Assembly (NCBI GenBank): GCA_965204885.1
Contig: OZ242019.1
Coordinates: forward strand, 109,521-173,520
DNA from: Dehalococcoidia bacterium
Lineage (GTDB): Bacteria; Chloroflexota; Dehalococcoidia; UBA6926
Direction of reading: 5' to 3'
Length of the DNA stretch: 64,000 nt
Numbering within the stretch: the stretch's first letter is position 1; every line of letters begins with the position of its first letter. The notes under the pieces are model-generated. The model was not told where the DNA came from and made no database searches. It saw only the letters and a program-made list of their open reading frames with translations. Both the position numbers and the translations under genes were made by a program. Shown piece after piece: positions 52,014 through 62,129 of the stretch.

Positions 52014-53285
52014 TTACGCGGTCGTTTGCCTACGAACTGAGCCTATCCCCCGCGCCATGGCAACAAGCGTGAACAGGATCATTGTTGCGGCAACGATGCC
52101 GGCCACTGCATATGGCCAGCCGGTGGGCGCAGTGGTGGTCAAATCAGCAATTACTCCACTCACCACATCACCGATGGTTATGCCAAGCGAGTACGCGCCA
52201 TAGAAGATACCGAAGGCCAGACCTCGACGGACCGGTCCGCTGGCATCTGCCACGAGCGCCGTAGCCGTGGGCAGGAGCAGTCCGAATCCAAAACCGATGA
52301 CAGCCATTCCCGCATAGACAGCCCAGAGTTCCTGGGTTGCCGCCATCAGGAACAGACCGGCGCTGAAGAGCGCGAGTCCGACGCTCAGGAAAGTAAGTCT
52401 TCCGAAACGGTCACCGATGATCCCAATGACGCCAACCATCATGATCAGCGCAGTCAGCGCGAACAGGGTGAAGGCATTCCCGGATGTCCTTGCAGCTTCT
52501 CCGATATCTTCCACGTGGAGCGGCAAATACGTGGTGAGTGTTCCGATCCCGATTGTCCACGAGATGGCAACGATTGATGCCAACACCAGCCAATTGATGC
52601 GAAGCGGCGTTTCTCCTGTCACCGCAGTAGGTTGCGGCCCTGCCTCCGCATCCGGTTCTGCGCCATCGGGAACCCGGGTGTCGCGAGAACCCAGGATATA
52701 GATGACGGCTGTAATCGCCATTAAGCCCGCCATCATGAGGAAAACGGTCTCGTAGCCAAGCATTCCCTGGAGAATACCGGCGGATGCCGGTCCCAGGACC
52801 GCGGCGATGGCAATCACAACAGCGCTCCTGCCCATCGTCCGCCCACGCGATCCCGCCTGGCTGGAGTCCCCGAGCATCGCGAATGCGCCGGGCGTAAGCA
52901 CGGCAGCGGCGAGTCCGTGCAGCCCCCTTACGGCGAGCAACATTTCCGCGCTGGTCGCGGCAGCGTATCCTGCAAGTGCCAGCGCGGTGACCACCAAGCC
53001 CATCGTTATGGGTAACCTTCGACCGAACCGATCCAGGAAATAGCCGGCGACGATGTTGCCAGGCAGGTTCGTTATCGAATAGGCGGCAACGATAACACCC
53101 ACCAATGTTTCGGCCGCGCCTAGTTCTCTCGCGTATGTTGGAACCAGCGGCAGTCCGGCGAAGAAATCAAGGAACGCAACAAAGACGACGAGGGTGGCGA
53201 GTTGAATTCCCCGCCTGCCCGCCAGGCCGGATGGGATGGCCACCTGTTGAGGCGCTGTCAATTCCGACTTTCCTGTGTTACCCAT
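52014..53285 (-). CDS. MFS transporter
   Basis: About 12 TM segments; motif A as GYFLDRFGRR and GDRFGR. Confidence 0.92.
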   Translation of the reverse strand: MGNTGKSELTAPQQVAIPSGLAGRRGIQLATLVVFVAFLDFFAGLPLVPTYARELGAAETLVGVIVAAYSITNLPGNIVAGYFLDRFGRRLPITMGLVVTALALAGYAAATSAEMLLAVRGLHGLAAAVLTPGAFAMLGDSSQAGSRGRTMGRSAVVIAIAAVLGPASAGILQGMLGYETVFLMMAGLMAITAVIYILGSRDTRVPDGAEPDAEAGPQPTAVTGETPLRINWLVLASIVAISWTIGIGTLTTYLPLHVEDIGEAARTSGNAFTLFALTALIMMVGVIGIIGDRFGRLTFLSVGLALFSAGLFLMAATQELWAVYAGMAVIGFGFGLLLPTATALVADASGPVRRGLAFGIFYGAYSLGITIGDVVSGVIADLTTTAPTGWPYAVAGIVAATMILFTLVAMARGIGSVRRQTTA

Positions 53286-53379
53286 CTGCGAAACGTAGCA
53301 ATAAAGTTGCCCTAATACCGTATCACGCAGTGGTCTCAGGATATGATTTGCTCAGGTGTGCACTTGAGAGGGGGTAATC

Positions 53380-53745
53380 GTGGCGTCAGTCCGCTATATC
53401 GTGCAAGACGTTGAGAAATCCGTTGAGTTCTATACGTCTCTGTTGGGTTTCTCGGTGGCCGAACAGTACGGCCCTGCAATGGCAATTGTGACGCGCGATG
53501 ATCTGAGCCTCTGGCTCGCAGGCCCGCGCGCGTCCGCGTCCCGCCCCATGCCGGACGGCCGCCAACCTGAGCCGGGCGGCTGGGCGCGCATTGTTATTGA
53601 AACCGACGATATCGAGTCTACCGCCACCGCGCTGCGTGACGCGGGCGCGGCTTTCCGCAACGACATCATCAGCGGCCCGGGCGGCAAGCAAGTCATCGTC
53701 GAAGATCCCTCCGGCAACGCAATCGAGATATTTCAGGCAGGCTGA
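53380..53745 (+). CDS. VOC/glyoxalase family protein
   Basis: VRYIVQDV..SVEFY and EDPSGNAIEIF motifs. Confidence 0.88.
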   Translation: MASVRYIVQDVEKSVEFYTSLLGFSVAEQYGPAMAIVTRDDLSLWLAGPRASASRPMPDGRQPEPGGWARIVIETDDIESTATALRDAGAAFRNDIISGPGGKQVIVEDPSGNAIEIFQAG

Positions 53746-53797
53746 CTGCGCAATCCCAGTACTATGAAAGAAGCAACTGCCAACTGGAGGAACAACA

Positions 53798-54595
53798 ATG
53801 CCCGGCTTACATGAATTCAGCCTCGATGGAAAAACGGCAATCGTCACTGGCGCGGGCCAGGGGATTGGCAAGGGCATAGCGCTCGCGTTGGCCGAGGCCG
53901 GGGCGGACGTTGTCGTCGCCGGCATCACCGTCGCGGACCGCTCGCGTTCCGAGGCCGACCTCGAAGCAACGGCGGATGAGATCCGTCTCCTTGGGCGCTC
54001 TGCCCTGCCCGTCGTCGCGGACGCCCGCGACAGCGCTGATGTGCGCGCGCTAATCGAAGCAACGCTAGGTGAGTTTGACCGCCTGGACATCATGGTCAAC
54101 AACGCGGGCGGCAGCTTCTACGCCCGTTTCCCGGACATCAGCGAGGGCGGCTATGACGCCGTCGTCCGAAACAATCTCAAGTCCACGTTCCTCTGCTGCC
54201 AGGCCGCGGGAGCCGTCATGCGAGAGCGTGAGACCGGCGTGATCATCAACCTCTCGTCCGGCGCGGCCTTCGCCGGGTCCATCGCCCAGCCGGTCTACGC
54301 CGCCACGAAAGCGGGCATCACGAACCTGACCCAGACCTTGGCCGCTGAGTTCGCTCCACACGTCCGCGTCGTAGCCATCGCCCCCGGCCTCACAGACACC
54401 GTTGGAATGAGAGCCGGCTACGGCGACGAGGCCGATGCGCGCGTCGCGGCACAAGCGCAGACCATGGCCGCCAAACGCCTTGCCACGCCACGTGACATGG
54501 GACTGGCAGCCGTCTTTCTCGCGAGCGAAGCCGCGTCCTATGTCAGCGGCATCACCCTGCGCGTCGACGGCGGCGGACGCGCAGCGGACGACTAG
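53798..54595 (+). CDS. SDR family oxidoreductase
   Basis: TGAGQGIG, NNAG and YAATK motifs. Confidence 0.92.
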   Translation: MPGLHEFSLDGKTAIVTGAGQGIGKGIALALAEAGADVVVAGITVADRSRSEADLEATADEIRLLGRSALPVVADARDSADVRALIEATLGEFDRLDIMVNNAGGSFYARFPDISEGGYDAVVRNNLKSTFLCCQAAGAVMRERETGVIINLSSGAAFAGSIAQPVYAATKAGITNLTQTLAAEFAPHVRVVAIAPGLTDTVGMRAGYGDEADARVAAQAQTMAAKRLATPRDMGLAAVFLASEAASYVSGITLRVDGGGRAADD

Positions 54596-54628
54596 AAGAC
54601 CCACGAGTCCGCTAAGGGCACGACGGTA

Positions 54629-55852
54629 ATGACCCTCGACGATACCCTTTCTGAGGAGTTCCGCCTCCTGCGCCATTCCGTACGTGAGCTTGTCCGTGAC
54701 AAGGTTGCCCCCCGAGCATGGCAAATCGACCAGGATCGCGAGTATCCGGAGGACATATTTGACGCCTTTCGCGATCAGGGCCTATTTGCCCTGGCGCTCT
54801 CCGAGAACGAGGGCGGCACAGGCGCGGGAACGATGGAACTCGCCATCGCCATTGAAGAGGTTGCGCGGGCCTGCGCCTCGTCGGCGCAGATGCTCATCCT
54901 CTCCGCTCTTGTCACATGGCCCATGCGTCTCTTCGGCACGGATGACATGCGGGGAAACTACGTACGCGCCGTCGCGGACGGCAGCAAACGCGGCTCCTTC
55001 GCCCTTACGGAGCCCAACGCATCCTCGGATCTCGGTTCCATGGTGACCCGCGCCGAGAAAGACGGTTCCGACTACGTCCTCAACGGCGAAAAGGATTTCA
55101 TCAGCGGCTCTCCGCAGGCGGATTTCTTCATTGTCTTTGCCGGCGCGGGCGACAACGGAGACATGCGCGAAAGCATGTCGGGCTTCCTTGTTGATGTCCC
55201 GCAGCCCGGCGTCATCTTTCTCCGACGCGATGAGGGCATGGGACTCAAGGGCATGCCCCACTGCGATTGGTCCTTTGACGGATGCCGCACGCCGGAGTCC
55301 CACTTGATTGGAGACATCGGACAGGGAGAGGAAATCGCCCGCCTGAGCATGAACGCCATCCAGCCGCTGCTAGCCGCCCGCGGACTCGGCGCGGCGGAGG
55401 AGGCGCTGGCATTCACACGCGACTATGCCAACACACGCCGCATCTACGGCGGGCTGCTGGCTGACCTGCAGACCACCCAACTCCATCTCGCTGAAATGAC
55501 CGTCAACGTCGAGGCGACACGGCTGCTGACGTACCAGGCGGCGCGCATGGTGGACGAAGGCCGATTCCACGACGAGGGCGAAGCCGCCTACCTGAACGCC
55601 GCCAAGCTCATGTCCGCCCGAACCGCCGTCCACGCCACCGACCACGCCATGCAGGCAGTCGGCGGGCACGGCTACATGGAAGTCCATCCGCTGGAGCGCA
55701 TGTACCGTGATGCCCGCCACCTGAGCCTGTACATGGGAACGAGCGAGGTGCTCAGCCTGCGTGTGGCCCGCACAGTCTTGGACGGCGCGCTCGGTTATGG
55801 GCCGTCCGTCTCACGCCAATCAACGGAAGAGCGTTCCAGACGGCAGACCTAG
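54629..55852 (+). CDS. Acyl-CoA dehydrogenase family protein (no canonical catalytic Glu)
   Basis: FALTEP..SSD, LNGEK.FI, GGHGY and YRDAR motifs; YEG is replaced by YMG. Confidence 0.88.
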   Translation: MTLDDTLSEEFRLLRHSVRELVRDKVAPRAWQIDQDREYPEDIFDAFRDQGLFALALSENEGGTGAGTMELAIAIEEVARACASSAQMLILSALVTWPMRLFGTDDMRGNYVRAVADGSKRGSFALTEPNASSDLGSMVTRAEKDGSDYVLNGEKDFISGSPQADFFIVFAGAGDNGDMRESMSGFLVDVPQPGVIFLRRDEGMGLKGMPHCDWSFDGCRTPESHLIGDIGQGEEIARLSMNAIQPLLAARGLGAAEEALAFTRDYANTRRIYGGLLADLQTTQLHLAEMTVNVEATRLLTYQAARMVDEGRFHDEGEAAYLNAAKLMSARTAVHATDHAMQAVGGHGYMEVHPLERMYRDARHLSLYMGTSEVLSLRVARTVLDGALGYGPSVSRQSTEERSRRQT

Positions 55853-55946
55853 TCCCTCCCCTGCCCCAATTTGACCCTCCAACCCCGCCGTTCCTACAAT
55901 TGCGCCACACAGCGGCCAAACGACGGCGCCGCTCTTGGGGGGTGGG

Positions 55947-56822
55947 ATGTCCGAATTCACGATGCGGGTCGGTGACGCTGAGATCATCGCAGTGACGGAC
56001 ATGAACATCATCTATCCCCGCCCCTTGCCGGAACTGTTCCCTGCCGTGCCGGTGGAAGCGTGGGACGAGTATCGCGACGACTTCGCCGACACGTTCGCGG
56101 GCAACCACATCCGGCTTGAGATTGGGTGCTACGTCGTGCGCTCACAGGGGCAGACCATCCTTATCGACACTGGCTACGGCCCCGGCCCAATCGAGGGCGA
56201 ACTGGGCCAGCTCATGGATAATCTCTCCGCCAGCGGGGTTGAGGCTGCGGATGTGGATGTTGTCTTCTTCTCCCATCTCCACCCTGATCACACGGGTTGG
56301 AACATGGTCTGGGGAGAAGAGATTCCCACCGAGCCGACCTTCCCAAACGCCCGTTACGTCGTCCATTCGCTTGACCTTGAGCACTTCCGCAAGCCGGAGG
56401 TGCAAGCATCAATGTCGTTCCCCTTCATGCACCGCGATGTCGAACCTCTCGACAAGCTCGGAATACTCGACACGATCGACGAGGACACGGATCTCACACG
56501 GGACGTGCGGGCCGTCCACACTCCCGGCCATACCCCGGGTCACATGAGCGTTGTCGTTGCGTCCAGCGGCGAGGACGCCATCATCCAGGGCGATGTGTTC
56601 ATCCACCCGGCGCAGGTGGTTGAAGACGACTGGAATTGCATCTTTGACGTCGATTGGCCGCTGACGACTGAGACGCGGCGCAAGATGCTGGACGAGGCCG
56701 CCGACAACGGCACGCCGCTCATCTCCTGCCACTTTCCCCTACCGGGTTTCGGCCGAATAGGACGCAGACGCGGCAAGAGATACTACCAGGTTGGCCTTGA
56801 TGTAATCCCGACGAACGATTAG
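55947..56822 (+). CDS. MBL-fold metallo-hydrolase (lactonase/MPH-like)
   Basis: HLHPDH, TPGHTPGH, GD and HFP motifs. Confidence 0.9.
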   Translation: MSEFTMRVGDAEIIAVTDMNIIYPRPLPELFPAVPVEAWDEYRDDFADTFAGNHIRLEIGCYVVRSQGQTILIDTGYGPGPIEGELGQLMDNLSASGVEAADVDVVFFSHLHPDHTGWNMVWGEEIPTEPTFPNARYVVHSLDLEHFRKPEVQASMSFPFMHRDVEPLDKLGILDTIDEDTDLTRDVRAVHTPGHTPGHMSVVVASSGEDAIIQGDVFIHPAQVVEDDWNCIFDVDWPLTTETRRKMLDEAADNGTPLISCHFPLPGFGRIGRRRGKRYYQVGLDVIPTND

Positions 56823-56833
56823 AGGAAATCGCC

Positions 56834-58090
56834 ATGACTAATGACATGAACTCCGCAGAAGCCCAGCGCGTTCTGGACGCCGTCAACACTGAAGAAATGG
56901 TGAGCCTCGCGCAGGAGCTTGTCCGTGTGCCGAGCTTCAAGACGGAGGAGACGGAAATTGCGCGATTCCTGGCGACCTACCTCTCCGACCGCGGCTACGA
57001 GGTGCAGGTGCAGGAGGTGGAGCCGGGGCGATTTCAGACCATCGCCATCCTTCGCGGCACAGGCGGCGGAAAGTCGTTCATGCTCAACGGCCACACCGAC
57101 ATCGATCCGCTTGCCATGGGATGGAAACGCGATCCATGGTCGCCCAGCGTCGAGGATGACCGCATCTACGGCGCGGGCATCCGCAATATGAAGGCCGGCG
57201 TCGCCTCCATGATCACCGCCGCGGAGGCGCTGCGAACCTCGGGCGTGGAGCGGCGCGGCGATATCGTGGTCGCCTGCGTTGTCGGCGAGCTGCAGGGCGG
57301 CGTCGGGACGATCTACCTCTGCGAGAACGGCCCGCTCGCAGACATGGCTGTCATCCCGGAGCCGCATGGCGCGAACAACATCCTGACCACCCACGCCGGC
57401 GTCGTCGAGCTTGCCGTCCACATCATCGGCAACTCCCGGCACATCGTCCGCAAGGATGAGGCTATCGACGCCATCGCCAACCTGGCGAAGGCCATCCCCG
57501 CCCTCAATGCCGTCGAGTTCACCCATACGCCGCGTGAGGATCTCCCCGGCCTGCCGCGCATCAACGTCGGCGCAATCATCGGCGGACGCGGGCGCGACTA
57601 TGACCTGCGCGGGCCCAACTGGGTCTCGGACTTCTGCACCGCCCTTGTTGACGTGCGTTTCCTGCCCGGTATGTCATCTGAATCCGTCAGGGCGGACATC
57701 AAGCGTGCCCTGGACGCTATCAAGAGCGACGATCCCGATTTCGCGTATGAGATCGAGATGCCGCCTGATCCGAAACACCGCGTGTTCACACGAGTGATGG
57801 AGCCGTTCGATCTGCCGAAGGACGAATACATCGTGGATGCCGTGCTCCGTAGTTTCCGCGCCGTGACGGGGCGGGAGCCTGATGGGTTCGGAACGGTCCT
57901 GCCCGGCTCGTACACCGGCGACGACACCACGCACCTCTGGCGCGCGGGTGTCCAATGCCTGCTCTACGGCCCCGCGGGCGCGTCCGAATCAGAGACTATC
58001 CCGGATGAATACGTCCGCATCCCGGATATGGAGCAGGTCGCCCGCGTCCTCGCCCTCACCGCCCTGGACGTGACCAACCTGCCCAACTAA
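56834..58090 (+). CDS. M20/ArgE-DapE family hydrolase with altered metal site
   Basis: NGHTD, GAGIRNMKAG, VGELQG, PEP and YGP...DEY motifs. Confidence 0.85.
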   Translation: MTNDMNSAEAQRVLDAVNTEEMVSLAQELVRVPSFKTEETEIARFLATYLSDRGYEVQVQEVEPGRFQTIAILRGTGGGKSFMLNGHTDIDPLAMGWKRDPWSPSVEDDRIYGAGIRNMKAGVASMITAAEALRTSGVERRGDIVVACVVGELQGGVGTIYLCENGPLADMAVIPEPHGANNILTTHAGVVELAVHIIGNSRHIVRKDEAIDAIANLAKAIPALNAVEFTHTPREDLPGLPRINVGAIIGGRGRDYDLRGPNWVSDFCTALVDVRFLPGMSSESVRADIKRALDAIKSDDPDFAYEIEMPPDPKHRVFTRVMEPFDLPKDEYIVDAVLRSFRAVTGREPDGFGTVLPGSYTGDDTTHLWRAGVQCLLYGPAGASESETIPDEYVRIPDMEQVARVLALTALDVTNLPN

Positions 58091-58110
58091 CAGACGACGC
58101 CCACCCCCAA

Positions 58111-59667
58111 CTACATCATGCGGGCATCGTCCGGGCCCATGCCGGGCGGCGGGCTCTCCTCGTGGGGACGCAAATCGGAGCGTACCCGCATCCAGCGCGG
58201 CAGCGGCGCGCGGACGGGCCGTTCTTCATCGGCTGCCGCGGGTGCGGCCTTCGTCTCAGGCCTGTGACGCGGAGGCGGATACAGTTCACGGATGTTGGCC
58301 CAGATCGCGCGGAGCTGCCCGACATCCTCTCCTGACGGCGGGATGCCGCCGTAGCGCGCCCGCACGAACGAGTCGGTGAAGATGCCGATGTCCTGCCCGA
58401 CAAAGAGTCGGCTGAGTTCCGGCTGAAACTCCTGCGGCGTCTCCCACCCCTCCCGTGCAACGCCATGATCGTCGGCCAGCGCCACCAGCCCTCTGTATGC
58501 CCCAAGCGCGACGGAAACAGGGTTGTTCGGGTCAAGGTCAGCCGTAATCTCGTCATGTTTAGGTGAACGTCGGAATCGCGCGGCAAGGGCGGACAAAGCG
58601 GACGAGAGGTCTTCAACAATCGTCGTCTCGCCCTGCAGTCGCTCTCGTTCCTCGCCCATCTCCTGCTGGGAACGCCGGCCCCGGAACCCGCTGAACAACC
58701 GCCACAGGAACCACGCAACGCCAACAACGGCCGCCGTCACAGCCGCCCAGCCGAATATCCGGGACAGCCAGTACAGGAACCTGTTCTCTTCCTCGTCACG
58801 CGTGAAAATCTGCTCATAGTCCGGCGCCGACGGCAGTTGGAACTCGACACTTTCCCCCTCTGTGGCGAAGAATCGGATCACCTCAAAGAACGCCCAGACG
58901 AAGGCCTGGATGACGATCTCGAAGATCCAGCCAATCACAGCCAGAACGGGCAGGAACAGTCGTCCCCCGAACCCAAACACCGTCGCCGCGACCCGCCCCA
59001 GTTCGCCCTCTGCCAGGACTGCCAGCAGGACGCTGCCGATGAGGATGCCCCCCACGGTTAGCGCCATCATGCGGGGCCAATCTCGCAGCCCGGCGCTCTG
59101 CTCCGGATCCATCGACGTGATATGAATCAATGCAAACGATGCAATACCCATCCCAAAGAAGAGGAAGGTGGGGATTGGCGTGCCGGAATAGCTATCGATC
59201 AAGACGTCTATAACAACTCCCACCACCACAACGGCAACGCCGATGCGGAACGACTGCGCCAGGTTGTTGACCCAGACGAGTTCCTGCCCCAGGTGGGTGC
59301 CGCGCCACCAGAACACGCCGAGCATGATGCCGCCGACGATTGGGTGGCGTCCTTCCTGCCAGTCCTGCCAGAACCACAGCGGCCATGAGAAGTCCCACCC
59401 CACCTGCGGCAGCATGGCAATGCCGAGATAGATAACGATGACGCCGCCCCCGGCCACAATGCCTCGCGCCGCTGCTATGGTCGCGCCCGCGGGAACAATC
59501 CAACGGGTGAGAATATACCCGGATACGGTGACGACTAACGCCAGCCAGACGGGCACCAGGCTCTCACCGGCCCCGATCATCAGCAGCGCAAGAGCGCCCG
59601 CAATGGTGATCCACGCCACCTCCATCGTGAGGCGCGCTCCCTCCAATGCCAGCGGCGCCCACCTCAT
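58111..59667 (-). CDS. Polytopic membrane protein with C-terminal DUF4129-like domain
   Basis: Many TM segments, then AY.....R..WETP.EF....F..ARYG; translationally coupled to the DUF58 gene. Confidence 0.75.
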   Translation of the reverse strand: MRWAPLALEGARLTMEVAWITIAGALALLMIGAGESLVPVWLALVVTVSGYILTRWIVPAGATIAAARGIVAGGGVIVIYLGIAMLPQVGWDFSWPLWFWQDWQEGRHPIVGGIMLGVFWWRGTHLGQELVWVNNLAQSFRIGVAVVVVGVVIDVLIDSYSGTPIPTFLFFGMGIASFALIHITSMDPEQSAGLRDWPRMMALTVGGILIGSVLLAVLAEGELGRVAATVFGFGGRLFLPVLAVIGWIFEIVIQAFVWAFFEVIRFFATEGESVEFQLPSAPDYEQIFTRDEEENRFLYWLSRIFGWAAVTAAVVGVAWFLWRLFSGFRGRRSQQEMGEERERLQGETTIVEDLSSALSALAARFRRSPKHDEITADLDPNNPVSVALGAYRGLVALADDHGVAREGWETPQEFQPELSRLFVGQDIGIFTDSFVRARYGGIPPSGEDVGQLRAIWANIRELYPPPRHRPETKAAPAAADEERPVRAPLPRWMRVRSDLRPHEESPPPGMGPDDARMM

Positions 59668-60950
59668 TCCATCACCGCCTGTGCCGGAACGGCGTGCTCA
59701 ACTCGACGAGTCACCCCCGGTCGGAAGACCGCCTCATGCTCCAGCTGCGCCATTTGATGCCCGATCTCATGCACGATGATGTCCGGATCAGACAACAGCG
59801 GTGACGGAGTTTCGGAAGTCCAGACCACGCTTGGCCTTGCCCCCGCCCGCCGCAGGCTATGCAGCGCGTCAATGGTCTCCTCGTCAATCACGCTCGTGAC
59901 CAACACAACAGTTGCGCCAACCGGCAAGCGCCGTGTCTGTTCCAACAGGAACTGCCCCATCGCTTGTCGCCCCAGAGGTGTCACGACCGCGAGGCTCTCT
60001 AATACTGTCGTTAGTTGCTCGCGCGTGCGATTCGGCAGCACGCGGATCGGCTCGTCCGTCAGCGGCGAGACGCTGTTCGTCATCAGCCCGAATGACATCT
60101 TTCGCCCATAGGCCCACTCAGCGATGGACGCCGCCGCCGTCACTCCCCGCTCCAGCAGCAGTGGTGAATAGCCCCACTGCCCCTCTGCAGCCGTCAGCGT
60201 CTGCGCGTTCAGGGCAAGGATCATCGTCTCCGAGACGGACGGCGAGAAGAGCCGCACCGTCAGCGCCTGTGAACGCGCCGTCGCTTTCCAGTCCACGCGC
60301 CTCAGGGCATCACCGGGTTCATACGGCCGCAGACCACGCAGCCTGCTGGGATCTTCGTGATACGGCTGGCCGCCGCGCTGTTCGCCGAAAGGACGCCGCG
60401 CCGGAATGCCAAGCGCGGGCAAGGGCAGCGTCTGCGGATAGACGATGACGTGATCCCACTGCGGCTCAAGACGCTCCGAGAAGAAGAACCCGAACACGTC
60501 CCCGCTTGTCACGCTTGCCGGGCCGAATCGATACAGTCCCCGCTTTTTGCACTCCATCGTGAAATGCCACGTCACTCGCTCATACCGGGCCAGTGAAGTG
60601 GAGCGAGTCGTCGTGTACGATCCCTGCTCCACGCGGATCGTGCGTGGCTTATCCGCCTCCTCGAGCCCGGACGGAAATTGGTCCTCAAGCGTGACCCACG
60701 GCATGGGGATTGCCTTGCGGTTGGTCACACGCAGGTTAACGGTCACGTTGTCGCCGACAAACGCGCGCGTCTCGGAGAGAGACCTCTCAAACGTCACGCG
60801 CGCCAGCGAAACGCGGTTCCACCCGTATGCGACAAGGTACGTCAGGATAATGAGGGCGCCCAATCCGACAAGCAGACCCTGCCCGGTCGCAAGGCCGATG
60901 ATCATCAGCAGGCCAAATGTGGCTACCCAGCCCCCGGTGAGCGTGAGCAT
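59664..60950 (-). CDS. DUF58 domain protein
   Basis: N-terminal TM, RGLY.FGP...GD.FG and LRPYEPGD.LRRVDWKATAR motifs. Confidence 0.9.
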   Translation of the reverse strand: MLTLTGGWVATFGLLMIIGLATGQGLLVGLGALIILTYLVAYGWNRVSLARVTFERSLSETRAFVGDNVTVNLRVTNRKAIPMPWVTLEDQFPSGLEEADKPRTIRVEQGSYTTTRSTSLARYERVTWHFTMECKKRGLYRFGPASVTSGDVFGFFFSERLEPQWDHVIVYPQTLPLPALGIPARRPFGEQRGGQPYHEDPSRLRGLRPYEPGDALRRVDWKATARSQALTVRLFSPSVSETMILALNAQTLTAAEGQWGYSPLLLERGVTAAASIAEWAYGRKMSFGLMTNSVSPLTDEPIRVLPNRTREQLTTVLESLAVVTPLGRQAMGQFLLEQTRRLPVGATVVLVTSVIDEETIDALHSLRRAGARPSVVWTSETPSPLLSDPDIIVHEIGHQMAQLEHEAVFRPGVTRRVEHAVPAQAVME

Positions 60951-60952
60951 GT

Positions 60953-61951
60953 CTAGTGGTCCGCGGCCACTCCTTCGGCCACGGCATCGTCCTCAGGCTG
61001 CCCGCTAATCGGCACGGGCACGGTGCGGAGAACGTCGTCCACGACATCGAGGGACGTGAGACCGCGCAGCCGCGCCTGTGCATTCAGGATGACGCGATGT
61101 GTCAGCACGTATGGCGCAAGACGCTTCACGTCGTCCGGCGTCACGTAGTCCCGCCCCTGCTGAAGCGCCAACGCCTGCGACGTATGGTGAAGCGCCAGCG
61201 ACGCCCGCGGGCTCGCGCCGAGATCCAGTGAAGGATGGTCACGCGTGGAGTGAACGATGCCGATGATGTAATCCTCCAGCGCCGGCTCCACCCGCGCAGT
61301 CGCAATCTGGTCCTGCAGCGACAGGAGTTCCTGGGTCGAAAGAACAGGCCGCACGTGTTTCAGCGGGTCGTCCGCGTTGAATCGATGGATCATCCGAATC
61401 TCTTCTTCTGCAGAGGGAAAGCCGAGGCTCAGCCGCATCAGAAACCGATCCAACTGCGCCTCCGGCAGCGGAAACGTTCCTTCGAGCTCAATAGGGTTCT
61501 GGGTGGCCATCACCATGAAGGGCGCAGGCAGCGGCAGGGTTTCTCCTTCAATGGTCACCTGCCCTTCCTGCATCGCTTCAAGGAGAGCCGATTGCGTCCG
61601 CGGTGTAGCGCGGTTCACCTCATCGGCCAACAGGACCTGCGAGAAGATCGGCCCGTTGCGGAGTTCAAAATCGCCGGAACGCTGATTGTAGTAGTTGATG
61701 CCCGTGATGTCCGCCGGCATCAGGTCGGGTGTGAACTGCACGCGACTGAACGTGCAGCCCAATGAGGCGGCCAACGCCTTGGCCAGGGTCGTCTTGCCGC
61801 TTCCCGGCACATCCTCAAAGAGAAGATGCCCGCGGCACAACAGCGCGGTGACGGCCAACTCAATGACGTCATCCTTGCCGACGATGACGGAGGCCACGCT
61901 TTCCGCCACACGCTGCGCGGCCTCTTGAACAGTTAAGGATTGGTTAGCGAT
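60953..61951 (-). CDS. MoxR family AAA+ ATPase
   Basis: EDVPGSGKT, RVQFTPDLMPADITG, DEVNR and ATQNPIELEGTFPLPEAQLDRF motifs. Start uncertain (ATC 61951 or GTG 62029). Confidence 0.92.
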   Translation of the reverse strand: MANQSLTVQEAAQRVAESVASVIVGKDDVIELAVTALLCRGHLLFEDVPGSGKTTLAKALAASLGCTFSRVQFTPDLMPADITGINYYNQRSGDFELRNGPIFSQVLLADEVNRATPRTQSALLEAMQEGQVTIEGETLPLPAPFMVMATQNPIELEGTFPLPEAQLDRFLMRLSLGFPSAEEEIRMIHRFNADDPLKHVRPVLSTQELLSLQDQIATARVEPALEDYIIGIVHSTRDHPSLDLGASPRASLALHHTSQALALQQGRDYVTPDDVKRLAPYVLTHRVILNAQARLRGLTSLDVVDDVLRTVPVPISGQPEDDAVAEGVAADH

Positions 61952-62129
61952 TTGCCCGCCCCCTCCCGTTGGTTCACACAAGTCTACGGGCTGCCCTGCC
62001 AAGCGGCAAGGAACTGCGTCTCTCTTCACACTATCTTGCGCGACTGCTACGATGGGGCGTGGTGGGGGACTATCCGCGTGTAGCGCGGCTGCCCACGCAA
62101 GAAGCAGAATCTAATTGGGGAGGACACAA

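Noticed and set aside
51862-58090. Integrative island at tRNA-Pro
   Set aside because: No integrase and no duplicated tRNA 3' end seen within the window.
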